From: a virus
Taxonomy: Duplodnaviria; Caudoviricetes
Direction: 5' to 3' (one strand)
DNA length: 29,606 nucleotides
Virus record (IMG/VR): IMGVR_UViG_3300034130_000053
Span: 1-29,606 of that record
The notes under the pieces are model-generated. The model did no database searches, was not told where the DNA came from, and saw only the letters and a list, made by a program, of their open reading frames with translations. Of the stretch, positions 17,994-26,155 are shown one piece after another; position 1 is the stretch's first letter; each line of letters begins with the position of its first letter. The position numbers and the translations under genes were made by a program.

Positions 17994-18114
17994 CTTATCC
18001 AAATCTCGTATGCGCTACGCAATCGGCCAGATTCTATACAAATTCGACATAAGGATATTTTAATGCAAGAAAGAACAAGAATGGCTAACCTGTTCTATAG
18101 TTATTTATGTTGGA

Positions 18115-18321
18115 TCAAGAGTCGAGTAAAACGACCAATATATCTTCACCAGCTTTTATTCGTTTCATTTGCTCTTCATATGTTTTTAACCTTCTAGCTT
18201 TTTCCATGTTTTTATCATCAAATGGCTTGTTCCAACAGTTTTCCAATTCGGCGTGCAATTCACCAGCCTTATTTTGAAGTTTGGCCATGACTTGCAACTG
18301 GCGGCGAGTCATTTTCATCAT
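18115..18321 (-). CDS. Small basic hypothetical protein
   Basis: 68 aa, GGAGAGG RBS, last gene of the SSB-clamp operon. Confidence 0.65.
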   Translation of the reverse strand: MMKMTRRQLQVMAKLQNKAGELHAELENCWNKPFDDKNMEKARRLKTYEEQMKRIKAGEDILVVLLDS

Positions 18322-18339
18322 CCTCTCCGCAAACTGTGT

Positions 18340-19086
18340 TCAATTATACGCAGGCAAAATATACCGATAATTGGCATAATCCGTATCAAATTGAATCGAA
18401 AATCCACCGATATCACTAAACGCAATAACTGGATTTTTGGTTGCCGCCAATTTTAACAATTTCATCGTCTTTTTGAGGTTGAATTCGTGACTCATATCCA
18501 ATGATCCACTTACATTTTGTGCTATCAAATAACTTGCGGTATTTTGATGTTTATTGTTCTTACCAATATTAAAGGTTAAATCGCCGTTAGGTGTTAAATT
18601 AACCCAAAAATAATCCTCAGTTTTTACCAATACTTTGGCTTGTTGTAAAAAGCCAGTAATTGCAACTGTCGTCAACGGCGTCGTTGTAGTCCATTTGTTT
18701 TTGAATACAGTTTGCAATGATATCATTTCGACTGGTGTCGTTTTATAGGTGATGTTTTGTTGTGCGCTAGTAAACACAATTTCAGCCAAAATACCATTTG
18801 GATGGTAATTGTACTGCAATTTCATTGCTGGTAATTGCAACCAACCGTTTAATACATCAAGATTAATCATAGCAAACGGCGTAGCCAATTCAGGATATTT
18901 CGAGCCAAGATTGGCTTCAACCGTCATATCATGGGTATCTGCCACTGCTTCAATTTTAATATAGTCGTCGGGGGATCGGGTAAGTTTCCATTGATTAAAC
19001 TCGACCCTATTGATATTATCCATTAAGTCGCTTAACAAATCATGCACTGGATCAGTGACATTGGCAAATAATGGGTGTAATGCCAT
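18340..19086 (-). CDS. DNA sliding clamp (T4 gp45-like, large/jumbo-phage type)
   Basis: 248 aa, fitting a two-domain clamp subunit; adjacent to SSB. 'F.M.NL..L', 'GDL.F..G' and C-terminal 'I.FSD.G...I..D.....Y.YILPA' pattern recalled from clamps of Rak2-like/T4-related large phages. Confidence 0.7.
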   Translation of the reverse strand: MALHPLFANVTDPVHDLLSDLMDNINRVEFNQWKLTRSPDDYIKIEAVADTHDMTVEANLGSKYPELATPFAMINLDVLNGWLQLPAMKLQYNYHPNGILAEIVFTSAQQNITYKTTPVEMISLQTVFKNKWTTTTPLTTVAITGFLQQAKVLVKTEDYFWVNLTPNGDLTFNIGKNNKHQNTASYLIAQNVSGSLDMSHEFNLKKTMKLLKLAATKNPVIAFSDIGGFSIQFDTDYANYRYILPAYN

Positions 19087-19103
19087 ACCATAAGTCCTTT
19101 GGT

Positions 19104-19135
19104 AAAATGGATGACAGGATTAATCCTGTCATCCA
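19104..19135 (-). terminator. 28-bp perfect palindrome with short U-tract after the SSB gene
   Basis: TGGATGACAGGATT/AATCCTGTCATCCA (19108-19135), followed on the minus strand by TTTT. Confidence 0.7.
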
Positions 19136-19156
19136 CTGTTTTACACAAACTGGGTG

Positions 19157-20080
19157 TTATATAACAGCGTTTTTTGCTTTTATCTTTTCAAGAATTTGCA
19201 TTGCTTCGGTATTAGCCGTTTTCGGTGATGCCGTTACGACTGTTAGCGATGGCTTAACTTGTTCCACTGGTGTCGTTCCAATAGCTTTTTGCCCCTGTGA
19301 TGTGCCGTCATATTTCAAACCAAATGGTTTGTAGTAATTCGCCCACTTATCTGGATCGTAGGCTTGTTGATCAAGACTTTCAAGGAACATTTCATAGATG
19401 ACATTTTCCTCTTCGGGTGTCGGTTCTTTTATCAGAAAATCATTAAGATTAAACAAGCCAAATTCCTTTATAGCAGCGTGTTCAACATCATTGAGAGCCC
19501 GTTGTTTCATACTAAAATTCGACGTAGCATAACTGGCATAAGGTCCTTGAGTGGTGCGAACAATCCGAAAATCACGACCATTTGCATAATCAGTTGGTAA
19601 TTCGGTGGTTTCATCATTCAGTAAATAGCCTTTTATGATATCAAATATTTGTTGGGTAAACAACATAAGTCGTATTGGATTTGCGGGTGGGGTTTTTTCT
19701 TCAATACCACTTGAATTGACGAATGCTTGCATTTTGTAGGTTTTCTTACGCCAATACTCTTTGGCAGTTTTACGCAAGGCTTCATCATTCCAAAATGGAG
19801 CAGTGTGTTTGGCGATTTTATCTTCCTTGCCATACATATGCATACATGGCACGAGAACCTTCACTGGTTCATTTGATTGATTTTTAATACCTTGGAACGT
19901 TAAAGTTATTTTTTGTTCCTCAACAAAGAATCCATCGTTATGTTCGTTGCCATCTGGCAACAATCGAATGGTTGTTGGGGTCGAATCAGTCGCATTCCAA
20001 AATGGATAGATGCGAGTGTCCGCCGGTTTCTTGTTGGTTTTGATTAATTTGGCTCTGGCAGCCGCTAGGTTGAATACCAT
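19157..20080 (-). CDS. Single-stranded DNA-binding protein, T4 gp32 family (large/jumbo-phage type)
   Basis: 'IYPFWN', 'IRLLPDGN..N..FFVE', 'VPCM.MYG', 'YWRKK.Y', 'P.NPIR', 'LPTDY..G.DFRI..T..G.YA.Y.TS' and 'GLFNL.DFL' motifs. Confidence 0.88.
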   Translation of the reverse strand: MVFNLAAARAKLIKTNKKPADTRIYPFWNATDSTPTTIRLLPDGNEHNDGFFVEEQKITLTFQGIKNQSNEPVKVLVPCMHMYGKEDKIAKHTAPFWNDEALRKTAKEYWRKKTYKMQAFVNSSGIEEKTPPANPIRLMLFTQQIFDIIKGYLLNDETTELPTDYANGRDFRIVRTTQGPYASYATSNFSMKQRALNDVEHAAIKEFGLFNLNDFLIKEPTPEEENVIYEMFLESLDQQAYDPDKWANYYKPFGLKYDGTSQGQKAIGTTPVEQVKPSLTVVTASPKTANTEAMQILEKIKAKNAVI

Positions 20081-20196
20081 TATTATTCCTTAATTGATGT
20101 GACATAAAATTGATGTGATTCTGTAAATGAGTGATTGATTTATTCAATGTAGTTAGACGTTTGGTAACACCCTCCTTTTGGTTTGTTAATTGCAAC

Positions 20197-20224
20197 AATA
20201 TACGATTGGCTTGCGCTAAGTCAA
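20197..20224 (-). promoter_or_regulatory. Sigma70-type promoter for the SSB-clamp operon
   Basis: TTGACT-N16-TATATT, about 115 nt upstream of the SSB ATG. Confidence 0.6.
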
Positions 20225-20229
20225 TATAA

Positions 20230-20284
20230 TTTGGGTGTTCTTCTTGAACACCCAAAAGATGTGGATTCGCTAGCGAATCCACAT
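20230..20284. repeat. Two adjacent inverted repeats (11-bp stem; 26-bp perfect palindrome)
   Basis: TTTGGGTGTTC-N5-GAACACCCAAA (20230-20256) and ATGTGGATTCGCTAGCGAATCCACAT (20259-20284). Confidence 0.95.
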
Positions 20285-20377
20285 AAGTGTGCTTTTTATT
20301 TAGCAGTTTCGTCTGGCTCCTCATTACCGGCCCAAATTTCTAACCAATGTTCTTGGATTATTTCAAAGTGTCAATAT

Positions 20378-20617
20378 TCAACACATTAACCTAAAGAGCA
20401 TTGCATCGTTAAATTTAGTTTTATCAAAAGAAACAAAACTGTGTCCATCAAGTCGATTGCAAAACCACTCTATTTTAATAGAGTTATCATCATACCAATC
20501 CTGTTTTTTCAACCAAAATATGAGACGCATCTGGTCGGGTATTGAATCTCCTATCTTAAAACGAATCACTTCATCAGTTTTCGATTCAAGTGTGATAATC
20601 ATCATTATTTCTGCCAA
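20378..20617 (-). CDS. Small hypothetical protein, 'DA..F(K/R)L' C-terminal family
   Basis: 79 aa ending SFDKTKFNDAMLFRLMC; overlaps the upstream ORF. Confidence 0.65.
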   Translation of the reverse strand: MAEIMMIITLESKTDEVIRFKIGDSIPDQMRLIFWLKKQDWYDDNSIKIEWFCNRLDGHSFVSFDKTKFNDAMLFRLMC

Positions 20618-20928
20618 TCATTTGAGTTGTAGCGCAATTTTGCCATCACTGCTATGTCAACGTCAGCTATTCCAACCAGCCAAAATGGATGACTAGAAAA
20701 ATCATCATATGGATTGGCTATTTCCCAGACAATATGATCTTTCGACCCACAACATTTTAACCATCTGTGTATTTCCATACGTTCAAATGGCTTGTCAGTA
20801 CCATTAGCGCTTAATTCGGCTGGCAATGTGATTATGTGATGATAAGGGTAGGTTTCGCGAAATTCAAATATGTCGATTGTTCCAAGGTTATCTGGGTTGT
20901 AATCATCCAATACATTATGACGTGTCAT
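20605..20928 (-). CDS. Small hypothetical protein, same C-terminal family
   Basis: Start moved to ATG 20928 (GGAG RBS); ends GIADVDIAVMAKLRYNSNDWQK; TTGAAT-N17-TATAGT promoter at 20993-20965. Confidence 0.65.
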   Translation of the reverse strand: MTRHNVLDDYNPDNLGTIDIFEFRETYPYHHIITLPAELSANGTDKPFERMEIHRWLKCCGSKDHIVWEIANPYDDFSSHPFWLVGIADVDIAVMAKLRYNSNDWQK

Positions 20929-21040
20929 TGCATTCTCCAATCTATAAATAGATTTATGTCGAACACTATATGACCTTTCTTGCCAACATTCAACCACACG
21001 CAGCGATGTAGTGTGGCTTTTCTTGTGATCAAACCACCCA

Positions 21041-21246
21041 GACCTGTAATCCGACCTGTAATCCAGGGTGTTTTTGACTCAACTTTATTCTAGTAATCAT
21101 TTTATTTTTTTCATACGATTGAGTGATTTTACCATATGAATTACAGAATGAGTCTGTTTTACTAGAGAAACTGCGGAAAATGACCTGTAATCCGACCTGT
21201 AATCCGTGGTTTAGACCTGTAATCCGTGGGGTATGGATTACAGGTC
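21041..21246. repeat. Iteron-type replication origin candidate
   Basis: GACCTGTAATCC direct at 21041, 21053, 21182, 21194 and 21214, inverted at 21235-21246. AT-rich spacer at ~21080-21120. Directly downstream of the helicase gene. Confidence 0.85.
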
Positions 21247-21255
21247 AAAGTCCTA

Positions 21256-22593
21256 TTATTCGATATCAGGTCCAACGTATTTGGGTTGACCTAGTCCATT
21301 TCGATACATATAATCACCATCATTTTGATTAGTAGTGGTATCTCCGAGTTTTCTGAAATACCAGGGTTGATCGATGCGTTCTTCAATAATATTCAATCCG
21401 TTTGATTGAATGTAATCACGTGCTCCTTCGTAGAATTTTGGAAACATTATCGGATAAGCGTTATATTGTTTACAACATGCTTGATATGCATCAAACAATG
21501 TTCGCCGGCGTATATGGATAAAATTAGGATCATCAAATATTGCACGACATACACGTTCGTGCATCGGCTCTTGGATTTGAGACAGGCGACCATAATCTTG
21601 TCCGTGTAATGCCGTGGGGGGTGGACTATCACAATGTTTTAAGTAAAGATAGGTTATCCATTTACCAATTTCTTCTGGATTATTATACACGTTAGCCACT
21701 GCGTCTTGGCGAAATTTTACCGCCTCTGCTAACGTCGAAAAATTCATCAGTTGTTGGGTCCACGTGTCCAACGTTTTATTACGTGGATTCGCTATCACAC
21801 TAAACCGTCGGTCGGCATTCGACCTATCCAACCAAATACCGCCATTATAATCATTCGAACCAATAAACAGCAACAACATATTATCGACTTCATATTGGCG
21901 AATATTCTTTGGATTGATAGGCAGCCGTGGACTTCCTATCAATGTTTTCAATTTACCGGTATCAAGTTTATCTGCTTTGGATTCATTAAGCAATATAACC
22001 ACTTTACCTTCTAATAATGAATTAAAATCACCAATTAGCTCTTTAGGTGTAGCAGAAATGGTAGCATCGGCAAACATTGTTCTAAGCACCACGTCAACAA
22101 GGAGATTCTTACCAACACCCCCCTCGCCATGCAATACAATACATGGTAACTGATTATTCGACGGGTCCATATATTTGTGGATAATAACCTGTTCAATATG
22201 GTTGATATTTTCTTCTTTACCACCTCCAAGTGAATGCATTAAAATAGGAAATGCTGGATGACAATCACCCTCGCGCGCCTGCACCCACTTACTCATATCC
22301 ATTAAATTGAACATATCTTTTGGTAAATCAGGACGAACCGAGTAAGTTACATCAACATACATCCGCCCATTATCTTCCATATAGGCATACATTTGGGTTT
22401 TGAATTTGCTGTTCCATCCTACCTTTCTACTAAGCGCGGTTTCTGCCATAAATTTCCAGTCACCACCTTCAGACTTCCAGACATAGCGGTCTTGCACTCG
22501 GACATACCGCAAATCATGTTCATCAACATATTTCTGTGCTGCGGCTTCATAGTCCATTTCGTCATCATCATCATCATCAACTCGTTTTGCCAT
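21256..22593 (-). CDS. SF3/D5-type primase-associated helicase (DUF5906-like)
   Basis: Walker A GEGGVGKN, 'FNSLLEGK..ILLNE', 'LK.LI.......NPK....Y.VDN......SN' and arginine finger DRRF; GGAG RBS. Confidence 0.9.
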   Translation of the reverse strand: MAKRVDDDDDDEMDYEAAAQKYVDEHDLRYVRVQDRYVWKSEGGDWKFMAETALSRKVGWNSKFKTQMYAYMEDNGRMYVDVTYSVRPDLPKDMFNLMDMSKWVQAREGDCHPAFPILMHSLGGGKEENINHIEQVIIHKYMDPSNNQLPCIVLHGEGGVGKNLLVDVVLRTMFADATISATPKELIGDFNSLLEGKVVILLNESKADKLDTGKLKTLIGSPRLPINPKNIRQYEVDNMLLLFIGSNDYNGGIWLDRSNADRRFSVIANPRNKTLDTWTQQLMNFSTLAEAVKFRQDAVANVYNNPEEIGKWITYLYLKHCDSPPPTALHGQDYGRLSQIQEPMHERVCRAIFDDPNFIHIRRRTLFDAYQACCKQYNAYPIMFPKFYEGARDYIQSNGLNIIEERIDQPWYFRKLGDTTTNQNDGDYMYRNGLGQPKYVGPDIE

Positions 22594-22604
22594 TAAAATA
22601 ACTC

Positions 22605-23597
22605 CTAATGTTTTGTTGCAAATAATATTCTACTTCTAATCTTTTCCATCGGTGTCAATGTTTCAATATTTAAATCAGCCCAGCCAATCGCTTTTTCGGC
22701 TTCTTTTTCAATACCAATCCGTTCAAGATCGGGTTCCAATGACAATGACACATCCAATGCAGCGGCAGCCAAATCAACAGCGTCTAAAGCCCAACCATTG
22801 ATTTTATGGCGGGCTGCTGCTGCCGCCATCAACTTATAGAGGCGTTTGCCTTTGTCACTTGTGTTATAGGTGGTAATCATTTTTGTGGTAAAAATAGCTT
22901 TTTGTGTTTGATTGCCAAGTAATTGTGGCTTTAATGTCGGGGTCGACATAACTGGTTGTATAAGATGTTGTTGCAATTCGTCTATATTGATTGCGTTATT
23001 CTCACGAACAAAAAACACATTGTCAGCCCCCGCCCATTTTGCTGGTACGAACGACAATCTATTCTCATTTTTGGTCGCTTGATCGATATCCTGAGCGAAA
23101 TACGTAGTATTGAGATAATGCCACAAGCCGACATATTCAGTGGCCGTCATACAACGCGACGCCTTCATTATAATTCGCCAGCGTTGCATAGTTGGAATGG
23201 ATTTTGTTGTGGTATAAATGATGCTGGAAAATTCGCCAATTGAGTCATAGATTCGTTCGATGGACCAACCGGGCGAATCGAGATCGATGCAGATGAAATT
23301 AGCCATTGCGCCAATATTAAGTTTTAATTTTTTCGTTTCACCTGGTTTCAATATCATCGGTGAAATCCACGGGGTATTATTTTCTTTTTCGTAATTGGTC
23401 GGTAATCGTTCAATTTGGCCAAAAGCCCGTAACATGTCGATTAAATCTTGCCATGTCATCATAAGTGATTGTGCGGGTGCTTTGGTATTATCACCATAGC
23501 ACACCTGAAATGTGTGTTGATTTGACGTCGTCAAATCAACAGCCTGTGTGCCAACGAATGTTGGCGCCTCGGTGTCCATATGTAATGATTCCATCAT
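22605..23597 (-). CDS. AEP-superfamily primase/polymerase-like protein
   Basis: Catalytic-like CIDLD (DxD), 'IIYTT........RWRII', 'ID.A.....R..FVP'; directly upstream of the SF3 helicase. Confidence 0.75.
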   Translation of the reverse strand: MMESLHMDTEAPTFVGTQAVDLTTSNQHTFQVCYGDNTKAPAQSLMMTWQDLIDMLRAFGQIERLPTNYEKENNTPWISPMILKPGETKKLKLNIGAMANFICIDLDSPGWSIERIYDSIGEFSSIIYTTTKSIPTMQRWRIIMKASRCMTATEYVGLWHYLNTTYFAQDIDQATKNENRLSFVPAKWAGADNVFFVRENNAINIDELQQHLIQPVMSTPTLKPQLLGNQTQKAIFTTKMITTYNTSDKGKRLYKLMAAAAARHKINGWALDAVDLAAAALDVSLSLEPDLERIGIEKEAEKAIGWADLNIETLTPMEKIRSRILFATKH

Positions 23598-23626
23598 AAA
23601 ATGTAGCGCCTTCCTAATAAAACGGT

Positions 23627-23660
23627 TCGGAAAGCTATGCTGTTACACATAGCTTTCCGA
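23627..23660. terminator. 13-bp inverted repeat between the ATPase and primase genes (terminator or leader hairpin)
   Basis: TCGGAAAGCTATG-N8-CATAGCTTTCCGA; a second 7-bp stem GCAGCGG/CCGCTGC lies at 23686-23706. Confidence 0.5.
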
Positions 23661-23756
23661 CTTTATTACATTTTATAGGACTGAGGCAGCGGGGATCAAC
23701 CGCTGCATGTGGTTATACTGGATGAGTAATGAAACGTCTATTTTTAAATCAGTTTT

Positions 23757-25109
23757 TTATTTTGTTTCACGCGGTGGCTCTGGTCTATCTTTCATCCACT
23801 TGCGTCTAGCGTCAACAACACTAGCCCGTCGCCGTGCAAAATCCTCGTCGCTTTCACCCTTATTCTTCTTGGTCGGTATATCAGGTTTAGACCCCATTTT
23901 ATCAACATAGACGTCACACGCTTTAACATAGGCATACCACGCTTCGCCGGTTCTATTTTTGTAGCCTTTTGATTTACCGCGGGCTTCTTCGCGAGCTGCA
24001 TCCATTTTTTTAGCCCGTATAGCCTCCTCGGCAGCGGCTTTAGCTTCTTCATGTGCTTTGGCATCACGCCAGTCATCGTTTTTGGTTTCGGTTTTGTTAC
24101 CAGAACCGTCACCTTCATCTTCACCCTGCCACGTGTAATCGGATCCGACCCCAGCCTTCTTGGGTCTGACATCATAAACCCATAAGTCCTCGCGCCATTC
24201 TCTTACCGGCTTAGGGGTCCAGCCGGGTGGTTTATCAATAAATCTGTTAGCCACTTTCAAAAACTGTTCAAGTGACGAGCATTCACCACGTTTTATAATT
24301 GCTAATTCGAATGTGCGAGGCGATGGATCTTTCAAAATATCCTTATGTTGCGCAAAAAATCGCAACACCTCGTTTACTTGTTGCGGTGTGACGTTTTTGT
24401 TTTCAAAATTAGGTCGCATTTCTTCGGTTGCAATATAACCAGCATAATGATACCGATCGTCTTTATTACCCCTAATGGATACGTAGTCTATTCCAACCCG
24501 ACTCATGATGCTTTGCATCATTGGATATCTTTTAAAGTCCGTACAAACGAGATTGGTTGAAATTACAATCCTGCCATAAAAATATAGGCCCATTTCATTA
24601 TCCAAGCCACGCATACTACGATGGCTAGGTATAAAACGATCTGCCGTATCAGAAGCTTTGTTTACAACTTCAAGACATGGCGTTGAACGAATGACGTTGT
24701 TGGCATCATCAAACAAAATACACGTGTTTTTATCGTTATTCATTATCAACTTTTCCCCGATGTTATTACCATTCGGGGTTTCGGATTTTACAGTCACGCC
24801 ATATGTTGGCAGAATTCGTTTGAAGAAATTGGACTTACCGATTCCATTATCACCTTCGATAATGAAAAGGTTTGAATTTATGCCTCGACGTGAAACTGGC
24901 ACTCGACGCGCAAATTGCACACCCAATATTTTAATCTGATCAAATTGCTTCCAATAATAATTTTGTTCTATATCAACAAACTTACCATCTGCTTTTTTGG
25001 GCGGACTCATTTTTACTAACCTTGTGTTACGACAACTGTCCCCGGGGACGCGAACCACGCCAAGCCACAACATTTCGGTGATAAACTCGCCGTAGCGGTT
25101 TTGTTTCAC
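23757..25109 (-). CDS. AAA+ ATPase with a charged C-terminal extension
   Basis: Walker A GDNGIGKS, Walker B CILFDD, sensor-1 IVISTN, 'SIMSRV' arginine-finger region, and 'SPR' sensor-2-like motif. Start position uncertain. Confidence 0.8.
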   Translation of the reverse strand: MKQNRYGEFITEMLWLGVVRVPGDSCRNTRLVKMSPPKKADGKFVDIEQNYYWKQFDQIKILGVQFARRVPVSRRGINSNLFIIEGDNGIGKSNFFKRILPTYGVTVKSETPNGNNIGEKLIMNNDKNTCILFDDANNVIRSTPCLEVVNKASDTADRFIPSHRSMRGLDNEMGLYFYGRIVISTNLVCTDFKRYPMMQSIMSRVGIDYVSIRGNKDDRYHYAGYIATEEMRPNFENKNVTPQQVNEVLRFFAQHKDILKDPSPRTFELAIIKRGECSSLEQFLKVANRFIDKPPGWTPKPVREWREDLWVYDVRPKKAGVGSDYTWQGEDEGDGSGNKTETKNDDWRDAKAHEEAKAAAEEAIRAKKMDAAREEARGKSKGYKNRTGEAWYAYVKACDVYVDKMGSKPDIPTKKNKGESDEDFARRRASVVDARRKWMKDRPEPPRETK

Positions 25110-25205
25110 CGTGCTTAATTCGATCTTCTTATATTTCGCATAGACACACGCCGTAGCGGTAGTCCTATGCTGACATTGTTTGCGCGCGCTTACTTTGCTA
25201 ACTGC

Positions 25206-25233
25206 ATAGTAACACGCATAGCCATCTAGCCAA
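25206..25233 (-). promoter_or_regulatory. Sigma70-type promoter upstream of the AAA+ ATPase
   Basis: TTGGCT-N16-TACTAT with extended -10 TG. Confidence 0.5.
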
Positions 25234-25240
25234 ACGATTT

Positions 25241-26155
25241 TTAATTAAAAAGGCTAAACTTATGGATCTGTTCTTTCGGCACAAATATCTTATCAGCCCG
25301 ATTTAAGACATAACACCATTTGGTTCCACAGGGTTGAGGATTTCTGCCATGCGCCTGATGTCCTTTATCAAATACCACATAATCTTGATTGAGGAAGAAG
25401 TCATACATCTCGTCTGGATGAAAGCCTTTAAAATGACCCTTTAACATTTCTGCCATCACTACCGGACGACATCGTTTGATGGTATCCACTGCACCCAAGA
25501 CAACTTCAAATTCATGGCCTTCGACATCAATCTTGATGCCATCTACTAAACCAAGATTGAGACTATCGATTGTAATACCATCAACAGTAAATCGCATTCT
25601 TATGCCGTTCTTCTTAGGTCTAGCTGGAATATGCGAATTGATGACTCGCGCATTGATATAACTTTGATTTGGTGTGTCGTGGAATACTACAGGCCCAACA
25701 AAATCAAGAACAGCGACTTGATGTAACGTCACTTTGTCACTGACATCATTTAACACAAGATTATGGGCGCACATCTCGGCAATTTTAGGTACTGGTTCAA
25801 ATGCCAAGACTGTAGCACCCCATAATGCAAATTGATGGGCCATCAAACCAATATTGGCGCCGACATCCAAGATTACCCCGTTAGATCGATCAGCCAGACA
25901 TATTTTGAATGCCTGTAGATTGCCAGATTGATATGGTGATTTGGATAGTTTCAAATTCCGATGATACATCTGATTTTCGGTTTGCATCCACATCTTGGGA
26001 TTTTGTTTATTGGTGTGGATCGCAGACGCAGTCTGCGAAACACCCTGTATGGGCTTTGCCCATCCAGTCCAATCGAATTGATGCAACACCACTGGATCAG
26101 TAATAAGGGGCGGTTTGGTTTTGGCAACATTTAAATTTGGATAGCTTACTAACAT
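25241..26155 (-). CDS. FkbM-family SAM-dependent methyltransferase
   Basis: ILDVGANIG, AFEP and IKIDVEGHEFEVVLGA..TI...RPVV..E motifs. Start placed at ATG 26155, 5 nt after TAAATA. Confidence 0.9.
   Translation of the reverse strand: MLVSYPNLNVAKTKPPLITDPVVLHQFDWTGWAKPIQGVSQTASAIHTNKQNPKMWMQTENQMYHRNLKLSKSPYQSGNLQAFKICLADRSNGVILDVGANIGLMAHQFALWGATVLAFEPVPKIAEMCAHNLVLNDVSDKVTLHQVAVLDFVGPVVFHDTPNQSYINARVINSHIPARPKKNGIRMRFTVDGITIDSLNLGLVDGIKIDVEGHEFEVVLGAVDTIKRCRPVVMAEMLKGHFKGFHPDEMYDFFLNQDYVVFDKGHQAHGRNPQPCGTKWCYVLNRADKIFVPKEQIHKFSLFN

Noticed and set aside
20259-20284. Protelomerase (telRL) site of a linear phage-plasmid
   Set aside because: No protelomerase or partition genes are in the window, and the palindrome is short and lies in a promoter region.
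19986-20324. 112-aa minus-strand ORF
   Set aside because: It runs through TAAATA, two palindromes, the sigma70 promoter and the SSB leader, overlaps SSB out of frame and has no clear RBS.
21041-21246. CRISPR array
   Set aside because: Repeats are only 12 bp, abut or are irregularly spaced, one is inverted, and no cas genes are present. Iterons fit better.
21123-21332. Plus-strand 69-aa ORF with TCNP repeats
   Set aside because: It is a translation of the iterons, has no RBS and overlaps the helicase antisense.
22557-22578. (GAT)n microsatellite as a phase-variation tract
   Set aside because: It is an in-frame triplet run encoding the acidic N-terminus of the helicase, so slippage would not shift the frame.
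2765-26103. Numerous plus-strand ORFs of 60-181 aa and nested out-of-frame minus ORFs
   Set aside because: They are shadows of well-supported genes, with no RBS or recognisable motifs.
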